Origin: Sulfurospirillum sp. | GTDB lineage: Bacteria > Campylobacterota > Campylobacteria > Campylobacterales > Sulfurospirillaceae | Assembly: GCA_045047115.1 (NCBI GenBank) | Contig: JASFYR010000003.1 | Location: 1 to 16,937 of the forward strand | DNA length: 16,937 bases | Reading direction: 5' to 3' | Shown here: positions 15,619 to 16,937 of the stretch, piece after piece | Layout: each line of letters opens with the position of its first letter | Position numbering within the stretch: position 1 is the stretch's first letter | Program-made: the position numbers and the translations under genes | The notes under the pieces: model-generated | The model's database searches: none | Seen by the model: the letters and a program-made list of their open reading frames with translations, nothing else | What the model was told of the DNA's origin: nothing

Positions 15619-16779
15619 TTAATATTTTCTAGGTATTTCTTTTAATATTAATATTTGTTGTGTTACTCCTAATACTGTTTTAAACTCTTGAACTCCAAAA
15701 AGTTTAAAATATAAATCTGTACTCAAATATGAATCTTTTTGATAAAATTTATTTTTCTCTTTGATAATTCCAATTTTAACATCAGATTGATTTCGTTGTG
15801 TATAGATTACATATTTACCCACAATTCCTTCTACTAAAAAATCATCATTTGGAACTAAACCCCATAAATAATCTTTTTCATATTCTATTTTTGTAAATCC
15901 ATTTTTCAATCTGTATAGTAGGTCTTCTAGTCCTGATTGATAACCTTTAAATCCCATACCTTTTGACATTTTAGTTAATGAGTTAAAAACCTTCTCTCTC
16001 ATTTTATTTTTTTCTTCTTTTTTTGATAGCTTTTCTTCTTCTATCTTTTGTTTTATTTTTAATTTTTGTGATAATCTTTTTTTATTAATTTTATCAATAG
16101 AATTAAAAAAATCAAGATATGATAAGACTTCTGATGCTGGATATTTTTTATTTAATTTATCTATTTTCTTATTATATTCTTTTGCTGACTTAAAACAAGG
16201 AGTATTAATACATTTTACAAATCTCGAACGATACTGAAAGTCTCTTTCAAGTTTTGTATTTAAAAAATCATAATTATATATAATTGACATTTGTTTTAAT
16301 ATTTTCGTTGAATTAAATGAATTATCTTTTGAAATATTATTTAATATTTCAATTACCTTATTTTCATCATTTGGTATTAAAGTTTTTCTTTGTTTTATAA
16401 CCATTTTATTAAAAATAAAGTCTATGTCATCCATTGTGTCATATAATTTATTGAATTCATTAATATCAAAGTTATGTCCTCTATCCATATTATTTGCCAT
16501 TTTCATTAATGTTTTCTTTTTGCTAATCATTTGACATGCATTATCTCTTTTACAAAGATATAATGCTCTTCTAAATTCAGAAAGAATATACCAATTATCT
16601 AAAATACTTTCATTTGACTTTAGTATTTTAAAAAGTTTTTTAATAACTTTTTTATCATTTATATTTTCATTTTGAATTAATGATTTTACTTCCTGTGAAA
16701 CCTGCTGAAGATGTTCTGTATTTTGTCCATATAAGAATGTTGATAAACTTATTACTACACCTAGAATTAATTTTGTCAT
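15619..16779 (-). CDS. Hypothetical secreted, Lys/Asn-rich protein (cassette gene)
   Basis: 386-aa ORF with an AAGGAG RBS just after the attC core site and a signal-peptide-like N-terminus. Very AT-rich. No family recognised. Confidence 0.75.
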   Translation of the reverse strand: MTKLILGVVISLSTFLYGQNTEHLQQVSQEVKSLIQNENINDKKVIKKLFKILKSNESILDNWYILSEFRRALYLCKRDNACQMISKKKTLMKMANNMDRGHNFDINEFNKLYDTMDDIDFIFNKMVIKQRKTLIPNDENKVIEILNNISKDNSFNSTKILKQMSIIYNYDFLNTKLERDFQYRSRFVKCINTPCFKSAKEYNKKIDKLNKKYPASEVLSYLDFFNSIDKINKKRLSQKLKIKQKIEEEKLSKKEEKNKMREKVFNSLTKMSKGMGFKGYQSGLEDLLYRLKNGFTKIEYEKDYLWGLVPNDDFLVEGIVGKYVIYTQRNQSDVKIGIIKEKNKFYQKDSYLSTDLYFKLFGVQEFKTVLGVTQQILILKEIPRKY

Positions 16780-16795
16780 TTTTGTCTGCTCCTTA

Positions 16796-16865
16796 TGCTA
16801 ACGGTTGAGTTGAGAAATATTTGAGCCGCTAGGGTCAAATATTTCTCTCCAAGTACTTGTTATAT
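16796..16865 (-). other. attC site (70 bp)
   Basis: Minus strand ATATAAC-AAGTA-CTTGGAGAGAAATATTTGA-CCCTAGCGGC-TCAAATATTTCTCAACT-CAACC-GTTAGCA, with a 13-bp perfect inner stem. Confidence 0.9.
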
Positions 16866-16878
16866 GTTAAATTTAATA

Positions 16879-16937
16879 TCAGATTTTTCTTACCAAAGTT
16901 AATCCATCTGCAATAGGCAACATACTTAAATCTACTC
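16879..16937 (-). CDS. C-terminus of a class I SAM-dependent O-methyltransferase (caffeoyl-CoA OMT/Methyltransf_3-like), partial cassette gene
   Basis: Minus-strand translation VDLSMLPIADGLTLVRKI* matches the typical family ending. Followed by an attC. Confidence 0.7.
   Translation of the reverse strand, partial: VDLSMLPIADGLTLVRKI

Larger units (their letters stand above)
10379..16937 (-). mobile_element. Integron gene-cassette array (distal part; integrase not in window, could be a CALIN)
   Basis: All ORFs co-oriented and separated by RYYYAAC...GTTRRRY-type palindromes. Complementary core sites at both ends of four cassettes. TA cargo and heterogeneous base composition. Confidence 0.9.

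Noticed and set aside
9200..16937. Integron integrase gene or prophage
   Set aside because: No tyrosine recombinase motifs and no phage genes in any listed ORF.

Overview
AT-rich bacterial window, very likely Campylobacterota (Sulfurospirillum/Sulfurimonas-like), judged from the mrp | ispDF - HP1021/Cj1608-type regulator - ATP-sulfurylase-like - pgpA gene order. Bases 1-9000 are mostly core genes: mrp, ispDF, an atypical response regulator, a sat-like gene, pgpA, modE, proC, an HI0933-family flavoprotein and phnA. This part also holds a long palindrome in the mrp leader and is followed by a probable ~84-nt sRNA with an anti-SD motif. From about 10380 to the right edge lies the distal part of a minus-strand integron cassette array, with no integrase in the window. 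It has three clear 68-70 bp attC sites, two abnormally short ones and one half site, and the paired R''/R' core sites delimit individual cassettes. The cassettes encode an N5-(carboxyethyl)ornithine synthase-like enzyme, a frameshifted PDZ lipoprotein, two RelE-type TA pairs (one toxin with a nonsense codon), a secreted orphan protein and the C-terminus of an O-methyltransferase. The most unusual element is a RAYT/TnpA(REP)-type HUH tyrosine transposase. It is bracketed by inverted TTAAAGGGGACAGG ends that extend outward as stuttered, variably truncated tandem copies. The element replaces half of an attC site and directly abuts a YoeB TA module.
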